Positions 56,535 through 64,000 of a stretch of DNA of 64,000 nt are shown here, piece by piece (position 1 is the stretch's first letter; each line of letters starts with the position of its first letter). The notes under the pieces are model-generated. The model was not told the DNA's origin. It searched no databases and worked only from the letters and a program-made list of their open reading frames with translations. The translations under genes and the position numbers were made by a program. This DNA is from an uncultured Bacillales bacterium (GTDB taxonomy: Bacteria; Bacillota_I; Bacilli_A; RFN20; CAG-826), in the NCBI GenBank assembly GCA_902464635.1, contig CABQKC010000002.1:22491-86490 (forward strand). Direction: 5' to 3'.

Positions 56535-57938
56535 TTATCTAGATCCGTTGAAATGAGGGTCATTCATGAAGGCTGGGTCACGGTAATCACCGAGCTTTTT
56601 TGCTCTAGTTGGGTGGCGAAGCTTTCTGATGGCCTTGGCTTCGATTTGCCTAATTCTTTCTCTAGTAACATTAAATTCACGTCCGACTTCTTCTAGAGTC
56701 CTTGGCCTATTGTCATCAAGTCCATAACGTAAGCGTAAGACTCTTTCTTCCCTGTCGGTCAAGTCTTTCATTATTTCATAGAGTTCATCTTTTAATAATG
56801 ATTTAGTCGTATATTCCTCAGGAGATTGGGCTTCTTTATCTTCGATGAAGTCCCCTAGATGGGAATCATCTTCTTCGCCAATTGGGGTTTCTAGTGAAAC
56901 TGGTTCAAGGGCAATGCGTTGGATTTCCCTAATTCTTTCTGGAGAAAGTGAACCATCCATCTTATCAGAAATTTCTTCCGCGGTTGGATCTCTTCCTAAT
57001 TCCTGGACTAATTGACGTTGGACACGGGTCATCTTGTTAATAGTTTCAACCATATGGACAGGAATTCTAATAGTCCTAGCTTGGTCAGCAATGGCCCTAG
57101 TTATAGCCTGACGAATCCACCAAGTTGCATAGGTAGAGAACTTAAATCCTTTGGTATAATCGAACTTTTCAACAGCTTTGATTAAACCCATGTTACCTTC
57201 TTGGATTAAATCAAGGAAGTGCATTCCACGTCCGACATAATGCTTTGCAATAGCGATAACTAATCTAAGGTTAGCATTTATTAAGTGGTCTTTTGCTTCT
57301 TTACCTTCTTGCTTTTCTTCTTCGGTAGCATCCGGTTTATTTCTAATAACTATCTTTTTGGCAAGTTCAGTTTCTTGATCGCCAGTAAGCAAGTCAACCT
57401 TACCGATTTCTTTTAGATACATCTTAACGGAGTCATTGACTTTGACTTCACCGATTCCGACTTTAGCAAAATCAGCAAGGGCAACTGCTTCTTTATCTTC
57501 ATCAGAAATCAAGGAATCATCACCAGCATCGACTTCGTCTTGTTCCATTTCTCTTTCGATATCTTCATCAGACATGGAACCTGGCATTTCTATATCTTCT
57601 TCCTCTTGGGCATCATCGGATTCGATTTTTATCTTGTTTTCTTTGAAATAAGTGAATAATTCATCGAAATCATCTTCGCTCATATCAAGGTGAGCAACGG
57701 CATCCATGACATCACCAGCATTGATATAGCCATCTTTTTTGCCCTTCTTTAGGAACTTTTTCTTGATGGAATCTAATGAAACGATAGCTTCGTCGTCATC
57801 ATCGATGAAGTCAACATCTTCATCTTCATCGAGGACTTCTTCTTTTTCTACTTTGACCTTGCTTGCCTTAGTGGTTTTCTTTTTCTTCTTTTCATTACAA
57901 GTTTCACATTCATCTAGTGCTATTTTCTTTTCTTTCAT
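56535..57938 (-). CDS. sigA: RNA polymerase primary sigma factor SigA/RpoD
   Basis: Long acidic region 1. [91 protein letters not shown]. Immediately downstream of dnaG. Confidence 0.93.
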   Translation of the reverse strand: MKEKKIALDECETCNEKKKKKTTKASKVKVEKEEVLDEDEDVDFIDDDDEAIVSLDSIKKKFLKKGKKDGYINAGDVMDAVAHLDMSEDDFDELFTYFKENKIKIESDDAQEEEDIEMPGSMSDEDIEREMEQDEVDAGDDSLISDEDKEAVALADFAKVGIGEVKVNDSVKMYLKEIGKVDLLTGDQETELAKKIVIRNKPDATEEEKQEGKEAKDHLINANLRLVIAIAKHYVGRGMHFLDLIQEGNMGLIKAVEKFDYTKGFKFSTYATWWIRQAITRAIADQARTIRIPVHMVETINKMTRVQRQLVQELGRDPTAEEISDKMDGSLSPERIREIQRIALEPVSLETPIGEEDDSHLGDFIEDKEAQSPEEYTTKSLLKDELYEIMKDLTDREERVLRLRYGLDDNRPRTLEEVGREFNVTRERIRQIEAKAIRKLRHPTRAKKLGDYRDPAFMNDPHFNGSR

Positions 57939-57992
57939 AACAATCTCCTTTTGATAAGTATTTTCTAGGCATCTCCAAACCTAGCAATCTCT

Positions 57993-59801
57993 TCATTTGT
58001 TCTGTTTTCTTTTCCACCTCTCCCTTATGTTGTTTGCGTATTCTGCAAGGGCTTTGCCTTGCTCGGTATTAGAGGAAGAAGAGAGCCCTCTTATAGCCTT
58101 CTCCTTCTCTTGTTCTGCTTTTCTTTCTTCGTTGATTATGTTTTCGCATTGTGTCAATGAAGTCTTGCTATAATCCTCGCTAGAAAAGGCAATATCGGAA
58201 ACAATGTCGGATAATTCCTTTGATGATGGGTTTTCATCAAATCTAGCGGTAAGTAAGGATAAATCGACCTTTTCTTCTTTGTGCGTATCTTTATAATCCA
58301 ATAAATAATTTGCGATGTCTTGATATAAGTCGTTATAGAAGAAATGCACATTATGTTCGAAGAAATCGATGGCGTTTTCATCTATAAGCATCATGGCTAG
58401 GATTGTTTTCTCAGCCTCATCAAGTCTTTTGTTTCGCTTATTATTTTTCTTGAACCCTCTTTTTAGCTTTTCTTCAAAATAATAAGGAGTTTCGATTTCA
58501 TCGATTGAATTTTCCTTATACTGATTGAATATATTCCTGATCGCACTTACTTCATATCCAGTCGCATTAGACAACTTGACGAAATAATTCTCTAATTCTA
58601 TAGGCGAAGTAATTGAAGTTAGGAAGGAAATTGAGGAAGTTATCAATTTGTTTTTATCATCCGCATTAGAAAGTTTCTTCGTATGGAGATAATATCCAAG
58701 TTGGAAGTCAAATGGTTCAACAAGGTTATTCATCCTCTTTTTGACCCCTTCGGCACCCTCTTCATCAAAAATATCGTCAGGATCGCGTAAATCGCCTTCA
58801 TAATCGACTAATTTGAAATTAATTCCGCTCTTTTTCAAGGCAGGAAGCATTTTCATCATAGCCATTTGGCCAGGTTCATCACCATCAAGGCAAAGCCTTA
58901 TCTCGCATTTTAATCTCGATAATAAGGCAATTTGGTCATCGGTGAAGGCGGTCCCCATGAGTGCAACAGCATTATTTAACCCTGATTTCTCTAAGGCCAT
59001 CACATCCATGAATCCTTCCAAAACATAGCAGTAGCCATCTTTTTTAGCATTAAGAACCACGTTATGGTAGTTATAGAGAATCGAGCCTTTATGGAACAAG
59101 CGTGTTTCTGGGGAATTTATATATTTAGCGGAATCATCTTTTTCTAGTTGCCTAGCAGAAAATCCCACTACTTGGCCATATCTATCGCAAAGAGGGAAAA
59201 TCAATCTACCTGAATTATGGTCGGAGGTGCCTTCGCTTCTAACCAAAGCTATTCCAATATCTTCTATAGATTTAAGGGAATGTCCCTTGGCTTGGAGGAA
59301 TTTAATTGTCTTAACCCCATCTAAAGGAGAATAGCCAATCCCGTATTTAACGATCTGATCTTGGTTTATTCCTCTTTTTTCTAGATATTGTCTAGCTTTT
59401 TCGGCTTCAGGAGTCGAAAGACAATAGACATAATATTTTTGCAAATCGTTGATTGTAGACTTTAGTTTCTCTAAATCAGGGTCTTTGCTTTTTGTAATAG
59501 AAATAGCATTTAACCTAGGATCACGGAATCCAATGATATTCGCCACATCTCTAGCAGCTTCTTCATATGATTCGTTTTTGAATTTAGAGACAAAAGTTAT
59601 AACGTTGCCACCTTCGCCACAAGAGAAACATTTCCAAATCCGCTTTTCAGGAGAAATATGCATAGAAGGATGCTTATCGTTATGGAAAGGACACAAGGCT
59701 TTATATGACCTTCCGCTTTTTTCTATCCTTATATTAAAAGAAGAAATAACATCAATGATATTTGCTTGTTGAATTATCGCTTCATACAATTCGTTATCCA
59801 T
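57993..59801 (-). CDS. dnaG: DNA primase
   Basis: Zinc ribbon CPFHNDKHPSMHISPEKRIWKCFSCGEGGN. Toprim motifs VLEGFMDVM and LCLDGDEPG. Confidence 0.93.
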   Translation of the reverse strand: MDNELYEAIIQQANIIDVISSFNIRIEKSGRSYKALCPFHNDKHPSMHISPEKRIWKCFSCGEGGNVITFVSKFKNESYEEAARDVANIIGFRDPRLNAISITKSKDPDLEKLKSTINDLQKYYVYCLSTPEAEKARQYLEKRGINQDQIVKYGIGYSPLDGVKTIKFLQAKGHSLKSIEDIGIALVRSEGTSDHNSGRLIFPLCDRYGQVVGFSARQLEKDDSAKYINSPETRLFHKGSILYNYHNVVLNAKKDGYCYVLEGFMDVMALEKSGLNNAVALMGTAFTDDQIALLSRLKCEIRLCLDGDEPGQMAMMKMLPALKKSGINFKLVDYEGDLRDPDDIFDEEGAEGVKKRMNNLVEPFDFQLGYYLHTKKLSNADDKNKLITSSISFLTSITSPIELENYFVKLSNATGYEVSAIRNIFNQYKENSIDEIETPYYFEEKLKRGFKKNNKRNKRLDEAEKTILAMMLIDENAIDFFEHNVHFFYNDLYQDIANYLLDYKDTHKEEKVDLSLLTARFDENPSSKELSDIVSDIAFSSEDYSKTSLTQCENIINEERKAEQEKEKAIRGLSSSSNTEQGKALAEYANNIRERWKRKQNK

Positions 59802-59874
59802 GTCATTTCTCCTTTCTTATCTATTAAATAGATATAACTACTAATTTATTACTTTATTTATACTAGATTATTAC

Positions 59875-61257
59875 TTAGCAATATAAACAGTTCTTTGATA
59901 GATATTGTTCTAATTCACTAATTTTGATTCTAATTTGTTGCATGGAATCTCTATCTCTAATGGTGACGGATTCATCCTTTTCAGTATCAAAATCAATTGT
60001 TACACAATAAGGTGTACCGATTTCGTCTTGTCTTCTATATCTCTTACCAATTGATCCAGTTTCATCATATGTAACAGATAATGTCTTGTTAAGGATATTC
60101 AAGACTTCCATAGCCTTATCCCCCAATTTCTTAGACAAAGGCAAGACGGCAGCTTTATATGGGGCTAAGGTCTTATTTATATGCATGACAACACGCTTAT
60201 CCCCTCCTTCAAGAGTTTCTTCATCATAAGCATCGACTGCAACCATGAGGAATAATCTATCAAGTCCCATAGATGGTTCGATTGTAAATGGAAGATATCT
60301 TTGGTTGGTATCAGAATCAAAGTAGGTCAAATCTTGTTTTGAGAATTCTTGATGACGCTTCAAATCATAATCAGTTCTATCGGCAACACCCATGATTTCG
60401 CCCCATCCAAGGTTAGGGAAATCATATTCGATATCAGTTGTAGCTTTTGAATAGAAGGCTAATTCGGCAGGTTCATGGTCACGATATCTTAGATTAGTTT
60501 CATTAATTCCTAAAGAATCAATGAATTTTAGGCAGTAATCCTTCCAATAGGAGAACCATTCCAAGTCGGTATCAGGCTTGCAGAAAAATTCCATTTCTAG
60601 TTGTTCGAATTCTCTTGTCCTAAATGTGAAATTACCAGGAGTAATCTCGTTTCTAAAACTCTTACCGGCATTACAAATGCCGAATGGAAGCTTCTTTCTT
60701 GTTACTCTAGCGACATTTTTGAAATTAACAAAGACGCCTTGGGCAGTTTCTGGACGTAGATAAACTGTACTAGATGCATCTTCGGTGACTCCTATATGAG
60801 TCTTAAACATCATGTTGAACTTCCTAATTGGAGTAAAATCACTTTTACCACATACAGGGCAAACCATCTTATGGGTTTTCATGAATTCATCCATATCTTC
60901 GAAAGTTAAGGCATCAACATCAACATCTGGATATTGTCCTTTTATTAATTCATCAGCCCTATGTCTAGCCTTGCAAGCTTTGCAGTCGACCATAGGATCA
61001 TTGAATGTTGAGACGTGTCCAGTCGCTTCCCAAACCTTTGGATTCATCAAAATAGCAGCATCAATCCCAACATTTGTAGGAGATTCTTGGACAAATTTCT
61101 TCCACCAAGCGGCACGGATGTTATTTTTCATCAAGACGCCTAAAGGACCATAATCCCAAGTATTCGAAAGTCCACCATAGATGGAGGAACCTTGGAAAAC
61201 ATAACCGGAATTTTGTAAATGTTGAGTAACCGTATCAAAACTAAATTTGTTAGCCAT
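59875..61257 (-). CDS. glyQS: glycine--tRNA ligase (single-chain alpha2 type)
   Basis: GGLSNTWDYGPLG, YLRPETAQG, FRNEITPGNFTFRTREFEQLEMEFF and PSMGLDR. Confidence 0.93.
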   Translation of the reverse strand: MANKFSFDTVTQHLQNSGYVFQGSSIYGGLSNTWDYGPLGVLMKNNIRAAWWKKFVQESPTNVGIDAAILMNPKVWEATGHVSTFNDPMVDCKACKARHRADELIKGQYPDVDVDALTFEDMDEFMKTHKMVCPVCGKSDFTPIRKFNMMFKTHIGVTEDASSTVYLRPETAQGVFVNFKNVARVTRKKLPFGICNAGKSFRNEITPGNFTFRTREFEQLEMEFFCKPDTDLEWFSYWKDYCLKFIDSLGINETNLRYRDHEPAELAFYSKATTDIEYDFPNLGWGEIMGVADRTDYDLKRHQEFSKQDLTYFDSDTNQRYLPFTIEPSMGLDRLFLMVAVDAYDEETLEGGDKRVVMHINKTLAPYKAAVLPLSKKLGDKAMEVLNILNKTLSVTYDETGSIGKRYRRQDEIGTPYCVTIDFDTEKDESVTIRDRDSMQQIRIKISELEQYLSKNCLYC

Positions 61258-61278
61258 TTATTAATTATTCTCCTTGTT

Positions 61279-61317
61279 AAAAATACTTAAATCACGGCTT
61301 AATTTTATTGATTTAAG
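61279..61317 (-). terminator. hairpin plus T-run between recO and glyQS (terminator or attenuator)
   Basis: CTTAAATCA (61286-61294) pairs with TGATTTAAG (61309-61317) across a 14-nt loop. TATTTTT follows on the - strand, about 25 nt before the glyQS start. Confidence 0.3.
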
Positions 61318-61344
61318 CAGCTTTGTCAACCTAATATAAGGGTA

Positions 61345-62088
61345 CTAGATAACCTTTAATAATTTAAGGCTTTTTATATCTATTCCCGTTTCGTCATAAA
61401 GGAATCTAGAAAAGCCTTCTAGGACTGGAAAAATCCCATTTTTTAAAGGAGGTATTTTCTCTAGTTGATTAGATTTGGCTAAAGAGGAATAATGAAGGAA
61501 TTTTAATGTCTCTACATTTAATTTATGGTCAGTTTCATTAAGGCAATTCTTGCAGATGAATCCACCATCAATATAAGAAAGCCCTACTATTGCTTCTTTT
61601 TTGTTGCATCTTACGCAATTAGTTAGGTTTAATCCTATTCCTAATGCATCTAGATATTTTATAAAAAAGAATAAAGCGACGCTTAAAGTATGATAACCAT
61701 TCAATAAGGCATTTAGACTAGATAAAACGTAAGGATAGATATTCTTGCTCTCTTCCGCTCTATCTTCATCTAGACCCTTGCTAAGGAGTTCTAAGATGAA
61801 ATTAGAAACCCCGACAACCCCGAAATCATCTTCTTTCAAGTATGATTTTATTAAATTAGATTCCTTTAAAGACAATTTGTTTCCGATTTGATTAGACAAA
61901 ACAAATGATGAATAGGAAAGAAGAGAGCAAGAAGCAATGTTTTTCGAGCTAATCTTATTGACTCCTCTTCCATAAAAAGAAAATAAGCCATCACTAGTAA
62001 TTATAGTAAGCATGGCATCATTTTCTTTACAGGGGATTTTCCTTATAATAAGCCCTTCTAGCTTGATATCTTCCTTCTTATTCCCCAT
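61345..62088 (-). CDS. recO: DNA repair protein RecO
   Basis: OB-fold N-terminus and zinc motif CVRCNKK...FICKNC. Position between era and glyQS. Confidence 0.85.
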   Translation of the reverse strand: MGNKKEDIKLEGLIIRKIPCKENDAMLTIITSDGLFSFYGRGVNKISSKNIASCSLLSYSSFVLSNQIGNKLSLKESNLIKSYLKEDDFGVVGVSNFILELLSKGLDEDRAEESKNIYPYVLSSLNALLNGYHTLSVALFFFIKYLDALGIGLNLTNCVRCNKKEAIVGLSYIDGGFICKNCLNETDHKLNVETLKFLHYSSLAKSNQLEKIPPLKNGIFPVLEGFSRFLYDETGIDIKSLKLLKVI

Positions 62089-62956
62089 AACCGTATTCGA
62101 TTAATTTCTTTATTGAATCTCTCCAGCCAGGATCGGCTTCGACTTCGATTTTAAGCGAGGCAACATTTTTATGCCAAGACGTTTCCATTTCCTTTTTGGC
62201 AGCGGTCTTAATTGATTTGATCATATTCCCGCCTTTACCGATAATTATTCCCTTTTGGTTTTCCTTTTCGGTAACGATTTTGGCAGATATTTCGATTTTA
62301 TCGTCATTTTCTTTGAATGAAGAAATAACTACCGCGCATTGATGAGGTATTTCTTGACGTAAGAAATGAAGCAATTTTCCTCTTATTATTTCTTTTGCCT
62401 GGTAAGCCTTATCCTTATCAGTAATCATGTTGGTAGGATAAAAAGGTTCCCCTTCTTCTAAATATGAATAAAGGGCCTCTTTTATTTCCTTTAAGCCGAA
62501 ATTTTCCTTAATAGAAGCCTCGATCAATAATACTGACTTCATGTTTTCGGAGATTATTTCTTTCTTTTCTTTGGCTTCTTCTGCTTTTATTAAATCAATT
62601 TTATTTAAAACAACAATTCTAGGAGCATCGGAATTTATAGAATTATATATCTTTATGTCCTCATCTAATGTTTTAGTAGATGCATCAACCATATAAATAA
62701 TCGCATTTACATCGCGACTAGATTCAAAAGCAGTCTTCTTCATTAAGGAATAAAGTTTTTCCTTACCATAGAAAATACCTGGAGTATCAACAAATACGAT
62801 TTGGTAATCCTTTTCATTCAATATTCCTGATATTGCATCCCTAGTAGTCTGAGCTTTTGGGGATACTATCGATACTTTTTTCGATAATAAAGCATTTAAT
62901 AGGGTAGATTTGCCAACATTAGGCCTACCTAGAATCGAGACAAAACCAATTTTCAT
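62078..62956 (-). CDS. era: GTPase Era
   Basis: GRPNVGKSTLLN, DTPG, NKID and the KH domain IIIGKGGNMIK. Confidence 0.95.
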   Translation of the reverse strand: MKIGFVSILGRPNVGKSTLLNALLSKKVSIVSPKAQTTRDAISGILNEKDYQIVFVDTPGIFYGKEKLYSLMKKTAFESSRDVNAIIYMVDASTKTLDEDIKIYNSINSDAPRIVVLNKIDLIKAEEAKEKKEIISENMKSVLLIEASIKENFGLKEIKEALYSYLEEGEPFYPTNMITDKDKAYQAKEIIRGKLLHFLRQEIPHQCAVVISSFKENDDKIEISAKIVTEKENQKGIIIGKGGNMIKSIKTAAKKEMETSWHKNVASLKIEVEADPGWRDSIKKLIEYGYGE

Positions 62957-63351
62957 AAATCATCACCATCAAAGCCAAAAGGCAATAGCTCTTCTACTGT
63001 AGTTACTTTTATATCCCCTTTTAGATTGGCTAGATAAATAGGCTTAGTAGCCGGGTACAATTCGCTTAAAACCTGTCTACATGCACCACAAGGAGAGCAA
63101 AATGAATCTGTATCGGCTACAACTGCTAAAGATAAAAAGTCATCAGTAGTTTTGCCATCCATCATCGCATTATATAAAGCATTACGTTCTGCACACATAC
63201 ATAATGGGAAAGATGCATTTTCTATATTAGCACCGATATAGACCGAGCCATCTTTGCAATAAAGCGCAGCCCCTACTGCAAAATTTGAATAAGGGGAATA
63301 AGATCTATTCCTAGCCTCTATTGCAATACCGATAAGTTCCTCTTTATCCAT
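62953..63351 (-). CDS. cdd: cytidine deaminase
   Basis: CAERNA and CSPCGACRQ zinc ligand motifs. 132 aa. Confidence 0.93.
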   Translation of the reverse strand: MDKEELIGIAIEARNRSYSPYSNFAVGAALYCKDGSVYIGANIENASFPLCMCAERNALYNAMMDGKTTDDFLSLAVVADTDSFCSPCGACRQVLSELYPATKPIYLANLKGDIKVTTVEELLPFGFDGDDL

Positions 63352-63838
63352 GCTTTCTCTCCTTGACTATATTTAAAATCTCATCCTGAAGGGGGAACAT
63401 GATTTTAGCATCTTCTTCCTTCATATGATCATAGCCCAATAAATGCAACAAACCATGTACAAATAGGAAAGAAAGCTCCCTTTCATCACTATTACCTATT
63501 TCTTTTGCTTGACGTAAAGCTTGAGGGATGCAAATGAATATTTCCCCTAATAAATGTGGTATTTCTTCATCCTTAATCATTCCTAATGAAGAATCATCAT
63601 CATTAAAGGCAAAAGAAATGACATCAGTAATTCTATCGACATTCCTATAATCCCGATTAATTTGATGTATTTCTTCATCATTGACAAGATTTACATCAAC
63701 TTCATAATTGGTCTTTATTTTTAATACATCAAAAGCCACTTCCATTATGAGATTATATTCTTTTTCTAGATAATCGTAAGTTGGATCGAATCCGTTTTCA
63801 AAACTAAGTTCCATATATTTATATGGATAGTTTAGCAT
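63344..63838 (-). CDS. ybeY: rRNA maturation endoribonuclease YbeY
   Basis: TDVISFAF and HGLLHLLGYDH. Confidence 0.93.
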   Translation of the reverse strand: MLNYPYKYMELSFENGFDPTYDYLEKEYNLIMEVAFDVLKIKTNYEVDVNLVNDEEIHQINRDYRNVDRITDVISFAFNDDDSSLGMIKDEEIPHLLGEIFICIPQALRQAKEIGNSDERELSFLFVHGLLHLLGYDHMKEEDAKIMFPLQDEILNIVKERKHG

Positions 63839-64000
63839 TATCTATTGTTTCATTCTATATTCTTATAGAAAAAAATATGAAAAATAGGCTTCTTCCTTAT
63901 TCTTTTTAGATAATGAGGAAAATGAGAGCAAGCAATTTGAAGTTAATTGAATCATCAAATAATTCATTAGGAAATTTGAAAGAAATGATTCAATGTTAAT

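Noticed and set aside
61258-61344. Possible glycine T-box upstream of glyQS.
   Set aside because: Only 87 nt are available. A hairpin plus T-run is present (61286-61317), but I find no T-box motif (AANNNGGGTGGNACCGCG) on the - strand here or in the adjacent recO 3' end.
1-64000. Alternative genetic code (UGA=Trp, Mollicutes code 4) given the Mollicutes-like gene content.
   Set aside because: Conserved genes are full length under the standard code, with TGA used as a stop (for example the ATGA overlaps at 4343, 17623 and 30887) and TGG used for Trp. No conserved gene is truncated at a TGA.
1-64000. CRISPR arrays, tRNA/rRNA genes, IS elements, prophage or integrase genes.
   Set aside because: I saw no regularly spaced direct repeats. 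The intergenic gaps contain no GC-rich cloverleaf-capable segments. The only recombinase is the XerD-type gene in its conserved chromosomal context.

Overview
AT-rich Firmicutes/Mollicutes-like chromosomal window. It reads with the standard genetic code, since long ORFs are not interrupted by TGA. I support about 60 protein genes and saw no rRNA, tRNA, CRISPR array, transposase or phage integrase. (1) 1-14.8 kb is an extracellular starch/pullulan degradation locus: two pullulanase paralogs, a GH13 amylase lipoprotein, carbohydrate-binding surface proteins and an orphan MsmK/MalK-type ATPase. At 0.7-5.0 kb this locus is split by an AT-rich insert. The insert carries two tandem RDD-like membrane paralogs and a translationally coupled gene pair: an ABC/AAA_21-type soluble ATPase (380 aa) plus a 165-aa protein with an N-terminal EGxxE Toprim/RloB-like motif. 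That pair is my best candidate for a defence (split-OLD / AbiL / PARIS-like) module, possibly a minimal undescribed variant. Two genes of the starch locus are broken: a 1-nt frameshift in an A5 run splits the pullulanase, and an in-frame TAA sits inside a starch-binding module of a surface protein. (2) 15-40.4 kb is an uninterrupted + strand housekeeping block with Bacillus-like synteny: obg, ruvAB, secDF, recJ, relA, hisS, aspS, tkt, asp23, nusB, xseAB, dxs, dinB, xerD, deoB. (3) 40.4-40.9 kb is a long convergent gap containing a 28-bp dif-like Xer site. Gene polarity flips here, so this is probably the replication terminus. (4) 40.9-64 kb is mostly - strand: rsfS, a nadD-yqeK fusion, yhbY, yqeG, parC/parE, plsY, yneF, efp, rpmG (52 aa, missed by the ORF track), ispG, nfo, a DEAD-box helicase, ispH, trmK, two tandem sigma-70 genes, dnaG, glyQS, recO, era, cdd, ybeY. 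All family assignments come from motifs read by eye and remembered consensus or synteny. No database search was run.
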